From Prasinococcaceae sp. CCMP 1430 (Eukaryota; Plantae; Prasinodermophyta): a stretch of DNA of 64,000 nucleotides. The notes under the pieces were generated by a model, which was not told the DNA's origin, searched no databases, and saw nothing but the letters and a program-made list of their open reading frames with translations. Position 1 is the stretch's first letter, and every line of letters starts with the position of its first letter. This document shows positions 33,240 to 44,944 of the stretch, one piece after another. The DNA lies in assembly GCA_013416795.1 (NCBI GenBank), contig RQSC01000116.1, forward strand, positions 70,363 through 134,362. Reading direction: 5' to 3'. The position numbers and the translations under genes were made by a program.

Positions 33240-36003
33240 ATGGCTGCGGCTGGCCTCTGCTCCCGCTGGCTGGGGCTGGTGGTGGTGGCGCTCGGCTGCG
33301 CTCACGTACCCTTCGCGACGGGCAGCCACCTGGCTGAGGCGAGCAGCAAAGACTCGCTCCTCGCGCTGCTGCGCGCTGGGGAAGTCTTTTGCGTTGGCCC
33401 CACCACTTTGGAGCTGCACCCTGACGTAGGCGGCGAAGCAGCCGGCGTTGACTTGGATTTCGGCGACGAGGAGGTCGTCGCGCTGAGCCTGCATGCCCCG
33501 CGCCCGCGTCGTTCGCTGCACGAACATCACGCTCACACGGGCCGCCACGCGAGCCCGCATGTGAATGTCACGCTCGCGATGCGATGCGACATTCCTCCCG
33601 TGCCCTCCGCCGCACGCGGTGCTCGCGAGTATGCTGCCGCCGAGAATGTCTCGCGAGGGGATGACGAGAGTGTGTATGCGCCAATCGCGCGTGATGTCAA
33701 ACTCGTCCTCGGCGGCGAGGGTGTCGTCGAGGCGGATGACGCGCGTCGGCGGCGCGACATTCTCCCGCGCGGGTCCTTTCACGGACAGGACAGCGCGCAC
33801 GTGGGCGCAACGTCCGCGCTGCTCACCGTCGGCGCGGACGGACGAAGCGTGCACGGGCTCATCTTCCCACACTCGACGGAGCTCTCGTCATCCGTGGTGT
33901 CTGCGGCGGCTGTCAACGGCAGCCAGAGCGGCGCTCCTCCGCCCCGTTGCGAGCTCTACATCGAGCCGCTCCACCGCTTTCTGCTTGCGACGACCGCAGG
34001 CCAGGACGATTCGGTTCCCGCAGGATTGGACGATGCTGGTCCCGATGTGTACGATCCCGACATTGCATCCGAGGCGCTTGCCGACACTGGCAGCGACGTG
34101 CGCTGTCCAGTTGGCGAAGTCCCGCACGTCATCTATTGCGCCCATCACCTTCTCGAGGTACGTGAGGCGACGTGTCGGCAATCGTGGACCAGTGGTCTTG
34201 GATATCAGTGGCCCCTCTGGCACTTCTTCTCGCAGCTATCTCGCACGTGAAAGTGCATGTCGACATTAGTTGTTGCTGACCTGAGCGGGCGCCCCGCCTG
34301 TCTTGGCGCGTGCTGTGAGTGCGATAGGAGACAGGGCCGATCGATGACCACGAAGTCAGCGGGGCACCCTCGTCGTTCTCGGCGGCAGTGCGCAAAGCAT
34401 CCCGCGAGTATGCTGCTAGTTCGCCCTCGACGACGAGGGGGTTACTGCAGGATTTGAGGCCTGGAGATGTCGACAGCAACCTTGCCAACGATTTCCTCTA
34501 CCCCGACGGTCCCTTGGAGCCAATTCTCGAAATAGACGATGAAGAGCAGAGAGAGCTGGACGCGTACTTCGCCATCGCATCCGAGCGGGAAAAGCGGACA
34601 AACTTTGGCACGGAGAATCTCGGCGATGCCGATGGGACATATTATTCGTACTACAGCGACGATGAGGACGGAGAGGAGGACGTGTCAGCGCAGCAGTACG
34701 AGTCGTACGACGCTCCGGGGATGTCGGGAACTGCTGCGGTGTCGTCGTCGACGTTAAAGGCGTCCCCCAAAATCAACAACTACAACAACCCGTGCCGTCG
34801 CATCGGAGTCCTCATCGACACGGACTGGGCCTATGCCGGGGTGACTGGTGGCGCAGACAAGCAGGTCAGCCAGATCAACGCCGTCTTCCAGGTGGTCAAT
34901 TTCCTCACGATGCGCCACAGCGGCCTCAAAGTGCACTTTCGCATTTATGGCATCGTGCTGCGCCGCCCCTTCCCCAATTGCGGTTCGTGTGCGACCATCC
35001 CCGACGTGCCAGCGGGTTCGTGCCTTGCTGCGTCCAAGGGGACGGACGCGTGTGGCGACGCGCTCATCAATTCCTTCCGCAACCAGTGGAGGGGCGATGG
35101 CTGCGGCGGCAACGGGGGGAAGCTTTGGGTGCTGCGTCAACTTTACAACAATTTGCCGCTCTGGAAGCAGGTGCGGCTGAGCGGCGTTCCCGCATTCTCC
35201 TTCCCTCTCTCGCGTGCGCAGAAGTCACGCTGACACCCGCTGCGTCGAACGGCGGCGGCCACGGCATTTCGCGCCTCGAACTCCCTCGATGCGCTCCGGC
35301 TGCTCGGCGTTTCGCCCCGACCACCCGCGCCTCTCCCGATCAGGGCATGATCGGCTTGTTTACCGGACGCGCCGAATCTTGTGGCGGCGGGCCCGCTGGA
35401 ATTGCGTACGTGAACGGCATATGCACTGGGGGATTCAAGTTCGGTGCGATGCGCGGTGACCTGCCGAGCTTGGGCATGATGGCTGCGCTCGTCACCCACG
35501 AGTTCGGCCACCTGATGGACGGCAGGCACACGCAGGACCTCTCAGGCTGCAGTACACCCGAAGGGCCGAAGTGGATCATGAGCCAAACGCTCGGCAGCCC
35601 GCCAGATCATCGCATCTGCTGGGAGAACGTGCAGCGGATGGAGGTTGCCACTCGCCGGAGTTGCGTGTTGCGCAATGCGGACTGCATCAACTGCAGGTAC
35701 ACGGCGCCAAACGCCCACACGCTCATGCCAAACGGGCTGCCGAGGTGGATCGGCATGAGCGAAGCGCAGCGAGCGCAGTACCGGCAGGGTGTCTGCTGGT
35801 GGACATGGGTCAAAGGCAAGAAACTCCCAACGTACGCTGCTAACAACAACGCCTTGGAGTTTGCTGCCGCCTCTGGAAACGCCGCGGCGGTGCGGTTCGC
35901 GCGAAACGCCGCGCCTGCGCGGCGCGGCGCGCCAGCTGGCACCAACGCGTCGGTGTCATCGGAGGCGACCAATGCAACCGATGGAACGAGCGGCGCGCCG
36001 TAA
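33240..36003 (+). CDS. Secreted M12B (reprolysin/ADAM-type) zinc metallopeptidase; introns about 34158-34389 and 35170-35343
   Basis: Signal peptide; prodomain VHGLI..ELYIEPL; CRRIGVLIDTD; GIAYVNGIC; zinc motif HEFGHLMDGRH; Met-turn WIMS. Confidence 0.82.
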
Positions 36004-36425
36004 GACGCTCTCGAGGCGAGGATCGGCAGCGCTGAATGGTACTACTTCTGAAGCATGTTGGTAGACATCAACAACCAGCGTCATCATTTAAAGCAGTCAC
36101 TTGAAAGGCACGGCCGACAGCCGCCTCGCGCGTGCCGCCGCTCCCAGCCCTCTCACGGCGCCCGCGGCGATGCGCCCAGGCGCCGCGCGCACTCCATAGT
36201 GGCGCATGCGCGCGCTCGAGCGCGCGGTGATTTCTCCCGGCTGATGGCTGGGAGCAATGGGTGCGCCGAAAAGTTTGCACGGAATATGCACGCAGCTGTA
36301 GCGGCCTGCCGACACAAGCGCGGCGCGTCTCGGCGTGACGCCACACAGATGTGCGTGGGGCGCCCAACTCGCCGCCGGCCGCCGCGAAGATCTCTGCCAC
36401 CTGCCGTTCGCGCGCGCCGCCGCCC

Positions 36426-38363
36426 ATGGGCAAGTCCGAGGTCGGCAGTGGGGCCAGCGCGCCGACGGCAGCTGAGGCTGCCCACGGTGCAAGTAGTAGC
36501 GCCACGACGCGAAAAGATGGCTGGCTTCCAGCGCCGCCCGCGCCGCCGCCTTTCCTGCAGCGGCTGTGCTGCTGCTGCTGCCCGACGACTGGGCAGCCGC
36601 ACGGCGGTGGCGAGGTTACGGCGCGGGTATGGTGCGGCGCATCTTCGCCCGGCTTCGTATATCCAGAGCAGCGCGCAGGCGCACCCAAGGAGGGTGCCGC
36701 CGCCGCCGTCTGCATGGCCGGCGGCGGCGTACGCGCCGCGACTTGCGCACTGGGCTACCTCCGCGGCCTGCAAACCGCCGGCGTGATGGAGCATTACGTC
36801 ACGCACCTGGTCACGAATAGCGGGGCGTCATGGTGTAGCATCCCCTACTCATTTCAAGCGCAGTGCAGCACGGACGCTTTTCTCGGCCCAGTCCTGCCAC
36901 CCGAAGAACTGAGCCTGTCGTCAGCGCGCGAGGACGGCAGTCGCGAGGGCGGCTTCGCGGCCACCATCAGCCGCGCACGCATCCTGCGCGCGTACTGTTG
37001 CGGCGTTACCAAGGATGCTGCTGCGTTTGATTGTTGCCGCGAGCGTGACGCGATGCACGTGCGGGCCTGGTCGAGGGCCATCGGCGAGGCATTTCTCGAA
37101 CCACACGGCCTGGGCGGTCCAGAGGCGGGCTATTGCGTCGGCGGGGCCGAACGGCGGACGAAGGAGGCCACCGGCTGTGCCAATGTCCATGCGTGGAGAG
37201 GGGGGGAGAGACCTTTCCCCGTCTGCGTAGCGTGCGCCCAGCCCAAAATGGACAGGTTCCACAGTCGCCCTCTCGAATTCACCCCCATGTACACAGCCGT
37301 GCCCGCCAGCTTTGTGGCTCGCACGCACTTTGGGCGGCACGAAGTCACACTGGGCGGCGTGTGTGTGGAGCCATACGGCATCAACGGCGAGCCCAAGCCA
37401 GAGGCAGTGCAGGCGCTCAGGGACGGCGCCTCGGCTCGGGAGTCCGTGGAGGTGGCGCTGCGCAGCGAATGGACGGTGCCACTCGAGCAAGTGGCCGGCG
37501 TGTCGAGCGGCTTCATCGCGCAGACCATGATTGACAGCCAGCGGGAAGGTCTGTGGGAATGTTTGGGGAACGACGAGCTGTGCCTTTGGAGCCCCACCGA
37601 CGGCGCCACGGCTGAGTTTCCTGTCGGCGACGGTGGTGGGTGCGACAATCTGGGCATCCTCGGCGCTCTCCGACGCGGGGCCACGCGGATCGTGGCCTGC
37701 TACAACTTCAGCCGGCCGTTTGTGCTTCCATCCGCAGACACCAAGCAGATGTCAGGATCCCGTTCGCGTCAAGAGAGCGAGGACGAAGTAGTGCGGGCGT
37801 ACGCCGGTGACGCGGGCTTTCGTCTCTTTTGCCGGCATTATACCAGCTTTGCGCGCCTGTGGGGTGCGTCTCTTGCGGTGCCTAACTGGGGCAAAGTGTC
37901 CCGCGCGCTCCGTCCGTGGGCTCAGAAGACCAAAATGCAGCTCAAGGACTTCAACGATCATTGCCAGGTCTTTTCGAGCAACAGCTTCAGACCTTTTGTC
38001 GGCGAGATAGAGGATAGGGCAGCACGAGGAGAGCCGATCATCGTGCGCCGCAAATTCGACGTCCTTCCCAATGCCTCCGTTGGAGTACCGGGTGGCCACG
38101 CGGTGGAGCTCCTCTTCATTGCTGTGAGCGACGTCGCCAAGTGGCGGCAGTCGCTTCCGCCGGAGACGTCCGCTTGGTTATCTGCCAACTACGGCACCGC
38201 GAAGCAGGGTGTTTTTCCGTACCTGAACACAATGCAGCTCAAATACGAGCCAGAGCTGGCTTCGCTGCTCTCGCAGCTCGCGACTTGGGTCATCGGCGAG
38301 GCGAGCAGAGACATCGAGGACCTCTTCCAGCCGTACCAAGAGCTCGTCCAGCGTGCATTGTGA
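36426..38363 (+). CDS. Patatin/cPLA2-superfamily lipid hydrolase
   Basis: Oxyanion GGGVRA, nucleophile elbow TNSGASW, catalytic DGGGCDN. Confidence 0.75.
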   Translation: MGKSEVGSGASAPTAAEAAHGASSSATTRKDGWLPAPPAPPPFLQRLCCCCCPTTGQPHGGGEVTARVWCGASSPGFVYPEQRAGAPKEGAAAAVCMAGGGVRAATCALGYLRGLQTAGVMEHYVTHLVTNSGASWCSIPYSFQAQCSTDAFLGPVLPPEELSLSSAREDGSREGGFAATISRARILRAYCCGVTKDAAAFDCCRERDAMHVRAWSRAIGEAFLEPHGLGGPEAGYCVGGAERRTKEATGCANVHAWRGGERPFPVCVACAQPKMDRFHSRPLEFTPMYTAVPASFVARTHFGRHEVTLGGVCVEPYGINGEPKPEAVQALRDGASARESVEVALRSEWTVPLEQVAGVSSGFIAQTMIDSQREGLWECLGNDELCLWSPTDGATAEFPVGDGGGCDNLGILGALRRGATRIVACYNFSRPFVLPSADTKQMSGSRSRQESEDEVVRAYAGDAGFRLFCRHYTSFARLWGASLAVPNWGKVSRALRPWAQKTKMQLKDFNDHCQVFSSNSFRPFVGEIEDRAARGEPIIVRRKFDVLPNASVGVPGGHAVELLFIAVSDVAKWRQSLPPETSAWLSANYGTAKQGVFPYLNTMQLKYEPELASLLSQLATWVIGEASRDIEDLFQPYQELVQRAL

Positions 38364-38476
38364 GCGCCGACCGAACGGTTCGCAGCAGACGAGCACGGAA
38401 ATCGTATCAAGGTGAGCCGGCCTGCTGAGCAGCGGTCGCCCAGAAACTATATACGTTTACATGCAGCAGTCCTCGC

Positions 38477-39766
38477 TCACTCCTGTCCATAGAGGGAGTT
38501 GCGCATGCGCTCGCCGCGCCCGTCTCGAATCTGTCGAAGGCGCGAAGGAGGGTGGCGCGCAGCGCGGGGATATCGGCAGGGCGAGCGGGTCCGCGCACAG
38601 GCACAAGCGCGCGCAATCCAGACAGCACGCAGCCGCCACGCACTCGCGGCGCGAACCCACGGGCCTGCGCAGCTGACCCGCTCGTGTGAGCTCGTTCACC
38701 CCCTCCGCCTTGTATGCACGCGCGCCACGCACAGCGTTGTCGCGCGTGATCTGCTCCTTCGCGACGCCCACGAATTCGCCTGGCCCACGTCGGGGTGCTC
38801 CCTTGGATGTGTCGAGAATCTCGATATCGAACAAGAGGGTCTTGTCCATTAGGCCAGTGTCTTTGAGCACAAAATCAAGCGCCCTGCGCCCGGTGAACGT
38901 GCTTGGCACCGGCTGCGAGCCCCCGAATATGCCGCGCGGCCACACGACGACCGTGTACAGTGGCGCAGGTGTCAGACGTACGGCCAGGCGCGCGCGTCGG
39001 GACGGCAGCGCAAGCACGGGCGCAGCAGGAGCGTTCAGTGCGCGCCCACTCCGCCCACTCGGCCACGCGCGCTCGCCCACCGCGCACGCACCCCAACGCC
39101 GAGGTCAAAGCTCTGCGTGCCGTCGCCCCGGGGCGTCTCCGGATAGTTGAGAGGCCCCGGCGGCACGATGATGCGCCGGATGGCTCCCACGCGGGCGCCG
39201 CTGAGCACGGCCTCGTTGAAGGCGCCGATCACCTGGCCGGAGCCAGCCACAAAGCGCAGGTACTCGAAGTCGTCGCGATCGAAGGCGCCGCCCTTGGAAA
39301 GGTTCTTCGCCTCAATAATCCTCCCGTAATAGCCTATTGTGTAGCCGTCCCAGTCCACCACGACTTCATCCCCCTCCTTTACCTCCTGCCCGAGTCCGAC
39401 GCGCAGCTCTTGGTACTGCAGGCCACTTGGAAGCTGCACGTAATCCGAGTAGCGCGTGGCGCTCTTGCCGTAGTCCTTGCCCGCGAGGCCGGGCATCGAC
39501 ATCACCCCGTCTGCGGAGGCCCCATCGCCCCCGCTGGGCGGAACGTAGCCCCGCACGACCGCGCGAGCGCCGCCGGCCGGCGCCGCGAGCGCCGCCGCCG
39601 CAGAGCGCGGCCGCGCGCGGCCACACAGCTGCCGCTGCGGTCGCCATGCGCGCGCTCCGCCCGGCCGCCAGGGGAGAAGGGGGGGAGGGGGTCGCGCGGG
39701 GCCGCGCCGCGTGTGGCCCCACTCCGCGGCGGCAGCACGTGCGGTGAAAGCGGCGGCAGAGGCCAC
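38477..39766 (-). CDS. FKBP19: Thylakoid-lumen FKBP-type PPIase, FKBP19-like (start codon unresolved; 2 introns)
   Basis: MPGLAGKDYGK, SGLQYQELRVG, VVVDWDGYTIGYYGRI, TFTGRRALDFVL, DKTLLFDIE; last exon IRDGRGERMRNSLYGQE* at 38530-38477 followed by TGTAA. Confidence 0.88.
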
Positions 39767-39901
39767 ACACCAAACCTTATCCTATCCACGGATGGAGTGC
39801 GAAATGACCTGCATCCAATCTACTTTTGTGAAATGATGAGCTCTTTGGCTAGGCCGGGTGGCTAGCGAGCCAGTTGGCGCGTGTTGGAGCAACGCGAGGG
39901 C

Positions 39902-40858
39902 ATGCGTGTCGACGGGCTCGGCGGCGGACCGCGGACGTGCCACAGCCACCGCCCCTCCTCGCCCACCCTCAGCCCCCGCCCTCCCGAAGCCGCCCGCGCG
40001 GGGGCGTGCGTGCGCGCGCGCACGCGCGCGGGCTCGGGTTCCGGCGGGCGGGCCTTGGTCGGCCGAGCGGTCGTTCGCGGAGCGGTCCAGCTTGGCGCAC
40101 CGGCTGGGAGGGGGGAGGGGGGGGGGGAACGCGCGTTGCACCGCGGCGCCGCGCAGCGCCGCGGGCGGCGACAGCAGCTGCTGCGGCTGCGGCAGCGGCG
40201 CCGTTGCTTGCCGAGCCAGTGTTTGGTGCCGCGACGCTGGCCGTGATGCCGCTGTACACGCTCATGCTCGCCGCCCCGCGCTGGGCTCTCACGCGCTCGC
40301 TGATGAGCGGTGTACTGCCGTTTGCGCTGATGGGTGCTGCGTACGCCGCGCTCGTCGTCGAGATGGCACTCAACGGCAGCGTGCTCGCCAACATGAGCTG
40401 GTGGGGGTTGAAGGGTGCGCTCGCGCACGCATCCACGCGCTCGCTGGCGCACCCACACGGTCGCCCACACTTGCGCAAGCGTGGTCTCTGATGCGTGCGC
40501 GTACCCACGCGCGGCAACGCACGCCAACGCGCTGACGCGTGCCCTCGCCGCCGCCCTCCCACGCCACCCGCCCGCCCCTCAACGCACGTTGCGGTCAGGC
40601 CTCGCGTCCAACATGTCGGCCCCCCTCAGCCTTTCGGCGACTTGGGTGCACCTGCTCACGCTCGACCTGTTCGTCGCGCGCGCCGTCTACCTCGACGGTC
40701 TCGCGCGAGGCGTGCCCACGCGCCACAGCCTGGTACTGTGCATGATGTTCGGGCCGCTGGGCTACCTGCTGCACTACGCTACGGTCGCGCTCGCGCGGGC
40801 ACTGCGGCGGCGCCGGGAAGTTGCACCGGTGGTGGGCGGGGCCGAGGGCGCGCGGTAG
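39902..40858 (+). CDS. ABA4: ABA4 / DUF4281 (neoxanthin synthesis) membrane protein; intron 40415-40598; 5' frame uncertain at the poly-G near 40108-40128
   Basis: VMPLYTLMLAAPRW, WVHLLTLDLFVARAVYLDG, TRHSLVLCMMFGPLG. Confidence 0.85.
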
Positions 40859-41472
40859 AAAGGCCCGCGCCGGCCGAGGCCGGCGCCTCCTCATGCGCGC
40901 GCAGTAACTCGCTCGAGCGCTCCAGTGCTCGCTCGCACGCACGCTCGCACGCTCGCACGCGGCGGCGCCTGCTCACCCCCGGCCGCCGCAAGTCCCACCG
41001 TGAGATGCTTGCCCGCGCGCGCACTCGCGCCGGCGCATCGCATCACTTTTGGGTTTCGCATGGAGGGTTAAAATCTGGAGAGCAAACCCTACAAGCTTCG
41101 AAACCGTATCCAGCATCCCGCACTTCCAAGAAAGCTGGAGAACACCGAAACCTGAACCTGCTGGGAAAGAAAGATGAAAAGCTCGCGTTCCCCAACCGAA
41201 AGCGCCAAAGCGGGAACAAATATCTGAAGCGAGCTCGGCGCACCGGCGCGCGCGGGGGCGAGCGAGGGCCGGGGCGGACGGCGCGGGGTGCTATGGGTGC
41301 CATGCGCGGGCGCGGGCGGGCCTCGGGGGAGGCGGCGGCGGAGGGATCGTAGCTGCCGGAGGTGCGCCACTCCGCGCGCAGCCGCGCGAAGGGTGGGGTG
41401 GGGTGAGGTGGGGCGCGGGCCGGCGCGCGCGCGTCGTGTCGCACCCGGCCGATCGAGGCGGCAGCAGGCGCG

Positions 41473-42216
41473 ATGAGCAACGAAGAACTTGCGCACGAGA
41501 AGGCGATGGACTGCGCGGGGCCGTCGGTCTCCGGCGCTCCGGGAAGTGCAATCATCGTGAAGGCGCCACAGGCGTCCGCTCTGCGGGCATCAGCGCCGGC
41601 CACGACGCGACCAGTGCCGCAAGTACAGATGGCAGGGCCTGCGCCGCAGCTCGTTGCTGTGCCTTCATTCGCCTACGTCACGCCGGCGGTGCATCCTGTG
41701 ATAATGGCGAATCCTGTTGTGCCGGCGGTGACGGCCTCTGTGATCACCCGCCTCCAAGAGCGCCCGACTGAGCATGACGCGCACACCCGCCGGTACGCGA
41801 CGATCCACCTGTGCGTCGAGGCAGTCGCCCTGGGTGCTACCTGCGGCCTGCCCATGCTGGACGTCCCAGCGCTTCTCGCTCTCATAGGCGCGAGCATCGT
41901 GGCGTGCAGGGGCTGCTCGTACACGACTACGAAAGATGCCATCGGCAAAAATGCCTCAAGCTCGTACATTTGGCTGAGCGCGACGTCGCTCGGGCTCAGC
42001 GCATTTCACATCACTTTGCTCGCGTGGCTCGCGACAGACCCGCGCAACGAGGAGGGCGCGTGGGGGGACAGGGCGCTCGCATGCTTTTTGCTGGCGTTGG
42101 CATGCATTCTCGTCGTCATGCGCGCGGCCGCCGTCTTTGTAGCGTCGAGACTGCGCCACGCACAGGGAAAGGAGACGGATAGGGTGAGCGCGGGCGCGCG
42201 CATTGCGGATGTCTAG
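41473..42216 (+). CDS. Unknown protein: Pro/Val-rich N-terminus and about four TM helices
   Basis: 247-aa ATG ORF with four hydrophobic segments. Confidence 0.6.
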   Translation: MSNEELAHEKAMDCAGPSVSGAPGSAIIVKAPQASALRASAPATTRPVPQVQMAGPAPQLVAVPSFAYVTPAVHPVIMANPVVPAVTASVITRLQERPTEHDAHTRRYATIHLCVEAVALGATCGLPMLDVPALLALIGASIVACRGCSYTTTKDAIGKNASSSYIWLSATSLGLSAFHITLLAWLATDPRNEEGAWGDRALACFLLALACILVVMRAAAVFVASRLRHAQGKETDRVSAGARIADV

Positions 42217-42402
42217 ATGACCTCGCCACACCGGCGCGAGCGAGCACACAAGCTCAGGCCAGGCACGGGCGCCGCCGGGCGTGCAAATCAAGTAGTATAG
42301 TAAGCTCTCCGGAGAGAGCGTTTGTACATACAGGGTCCTTCCGCGCGGCTGCCTCGCGAGGAGGGATAAGTGGTACAGCGGGGCGCACGCCACGGCTGGT
42401 GC

Positions 42403-44267
42403 TCAGCGCCGCCTGAATTTCTTGCCCTCACCCATGAGCTCGGCGTGCGCCTCCTCGTCATCCACACCACCACCGCGCACACCACCCATCGCGCGGCCTT
42501 TCTTGCGCTTCTTTGCGTCGCCCTCGCGCATGGTCTGTGCAGCCAGCCTGCCCGCGTCCTCCACGCGCGCGCGGAAGAGCATCACCTCCTCCTCGGTATG
42601 CTCAAACAGTTCCATCTTCTTGCCAGTGAGCGCCTCGATGCGCTGCAGTAGCTCCACGTCGTACTGCGTCACGAAGGCGACCGCGCGACCGCTTCGACCT
42701 GCGCGCGCTGTGCGTCCAACGCGGTGCACAAAATCCTTGGGGTTGGGCGGGATGTCGACGTTGAGCACCACGTCCACGGCAGGTATATCCAGGCCGCGCG
42801 CAGCAACGTCTGCGGATGCGCGCACGGATGCGATGGACGCATGCGCGGGATCGCAGAGCGCCGTGGAGCGTCAGCCATGGCACGCTCCCAAGGATCCACC
42901 GCAACTGCGCTCGCTCGTCGGCGCAGGCGCGCAGGCGCGCGCTTCGGCGGGTTGCTGTCCCCGGCGGCGCCACGCGTACTGGCCTCCTGTGGGCCGCCGC
43001 GGCACGCGCATCGGGGCGCGTCGCGAGGACGCGTCGCTTTCACCTGAGCATTTGATCCAGTCGCGTCATTGCATGACTCAGCACCGGCGTCCACTGCAGG
43101 ACTCGCTCCGCCCTCCTTCAACCCACCCCGCGAGGAGCCGGGCGTGTGCTCCCGCAGAGGGGCGAGTGAAGGGTTGCGAAGCTGCAACATAAACCTGGGC
43201 GCGGGCGCAGGCACGCAAGCGCAGACGCAACATTCGCACCCAGCCTGGCACGCGGGCGCGGGACCCCCATCCCCCCATCGCTCATCCCAACCAAGCCACG
43301 GGCAGCCGCCTGAGGCTACGCGCGCGCTCTGCGCACCTGTGGCCACGAGGATGGGCCTCTCGCCCGCCTTGAACATGGTGAGCGCCCCGAGGCGCTTGGG
43401 CTGCGACATCTGCCCGTGGATGGGCACCGCACCGAACCCCAGATTGCGCAGCAGCAGCGCTATACGCCTCGCGGACTCGCACGTGCGCACGAAGAGGATG
43501 GCCGTCGAGCCCGCGAGCTCGTTGAGCACGTAAGCCAGGTAGACGTCCTTGTGCATGGCGGGCAGGAAGAGGTATTGCTGGCGCAGGGTGTCGACTGTCT
43601 GGTACTTTGAGCTCACCTCAACCTTGACGGGCTCGCGCAGGCACGCACGCTGCAGCTTGGCCACCTTGGACGTCATGGTCGCGCTGAAGAGCAGCGTGTG
43701 GCGTTCGCGCGGAATGACGCGCACGAGCTCGTCAATCTCGGCCTCGAAGTCCATGTTGAGCAGGCGGTCGGCCTCATCGAGCACGAGCCACTTCAGATTG
43801 CGAAGGTTGAAGCCCTTGGTGTTCTTGAGGTGGTCCACGAGGCGGCCAGGCGTGCCGACGATGATGTGCGGCCGCTTGGCGAGCGCGACCGCCTGAGCCA
43901 TCATGTCGACGCCGCCGACCACCGTCGCGCAGCGCACGCCAATACAGCCGCCGAGGGCCTCAAATTGCTCAGCAATTTGGATGGCTAGTTCTCGCGTGGG
44001 CGAAAGCACCGCCGCATATAGCCTCTGCGGGCTCTCAAGCAGTGCCTGTAGCACAGGCAGCGCGAACGCGCCCGTCTTGCCTGAGCCCGTCTGCGCAAGA
44101 GCGATGACGTCCTTGCGCTCGAGCGTGTGCGGCAGCGACGCCGCCTGGATGGGCGATGGAGCGGGCCAGCCCAGGTCAGCGGCCGCCGACGCCAATTCCT
44201 CGCACACGCCCACCTCTTTGAATGCAGCGACCGCCTTCTCCGCCGCCTTGCCACTCAGCGGCGCCAT
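42403..44267 (-). CDS. DDX47: DEAD-box RNA helicase DDX47/RRP3, intron 43336-42810
   Basis: [25 protein letters not shown]|[18 protein letters not shown]. Confidence 0.95.
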
Positions 44268-44944
44268 CGCCGTGCGCGTCCGCGCCCCCTGCGCCTGTGG
44301 TTGCGCCACCCTCCCTCTTGCCCTCGCGCCCAAGCGCGCCCGCGCGTGCCTGCGCCTGCCAGCCGGTCGCCGGCGCTCAGGTCGCGCCGGCCTTCCCGAG
44401 GCTCACACCTTCCAGCGCGCCCCGGCACAGGCGGCGGCGTCCGCTGTGTTTGCGCTGCAGCGCCGGCCGCACTAGTGCCTCCCGCGCGTGGGCGCGCCGC
44501 GATGGCTCGCGCTCCTCCTCGTCGCACGTGTGTGGCGCGACGCCGCGCGCACCCGCGCTGGCAGCCGCCGGCGCGGCGGCTGGCGGGCTGCGGCCGAGGA
44601 AAAAAAGGACCTCGACTAAAAAATGAATCCATTGTGACGTGGGCTCTCCCGTGGGACATATGTGGCGCGGCTTGTGCATTTGGACAAAAGTGCGTCGCGA
44701 CAGACAAAAGGCGCAATTTCGGGCATGAAAACGCGTCGAAAAGGGGGAGAAGAAAAAAGGCGGCGGCGGGCCTCCTCTGCCTGACCTGACCGCGACCGTC
44801 GGGAGCACGCTGTACAAGCTACAGCGTGAGGGGGGGAGGGACAGCGCGCGAGCATCGCCATCGCCACAGCGCGCGCGCCTGTCGCGCCTGCCCCTCCTGT
44901 GCCTGCTGCCTCCGAAGCGCGCGCACGTCGCGTCGCTGATCGCC

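Noticed and set aside
13244-40858. Carotenoid gene cluster (OR and ABA4)
   Set aside because: About 25 kb apart with many unrelated genes between; chance co-location is sufficient
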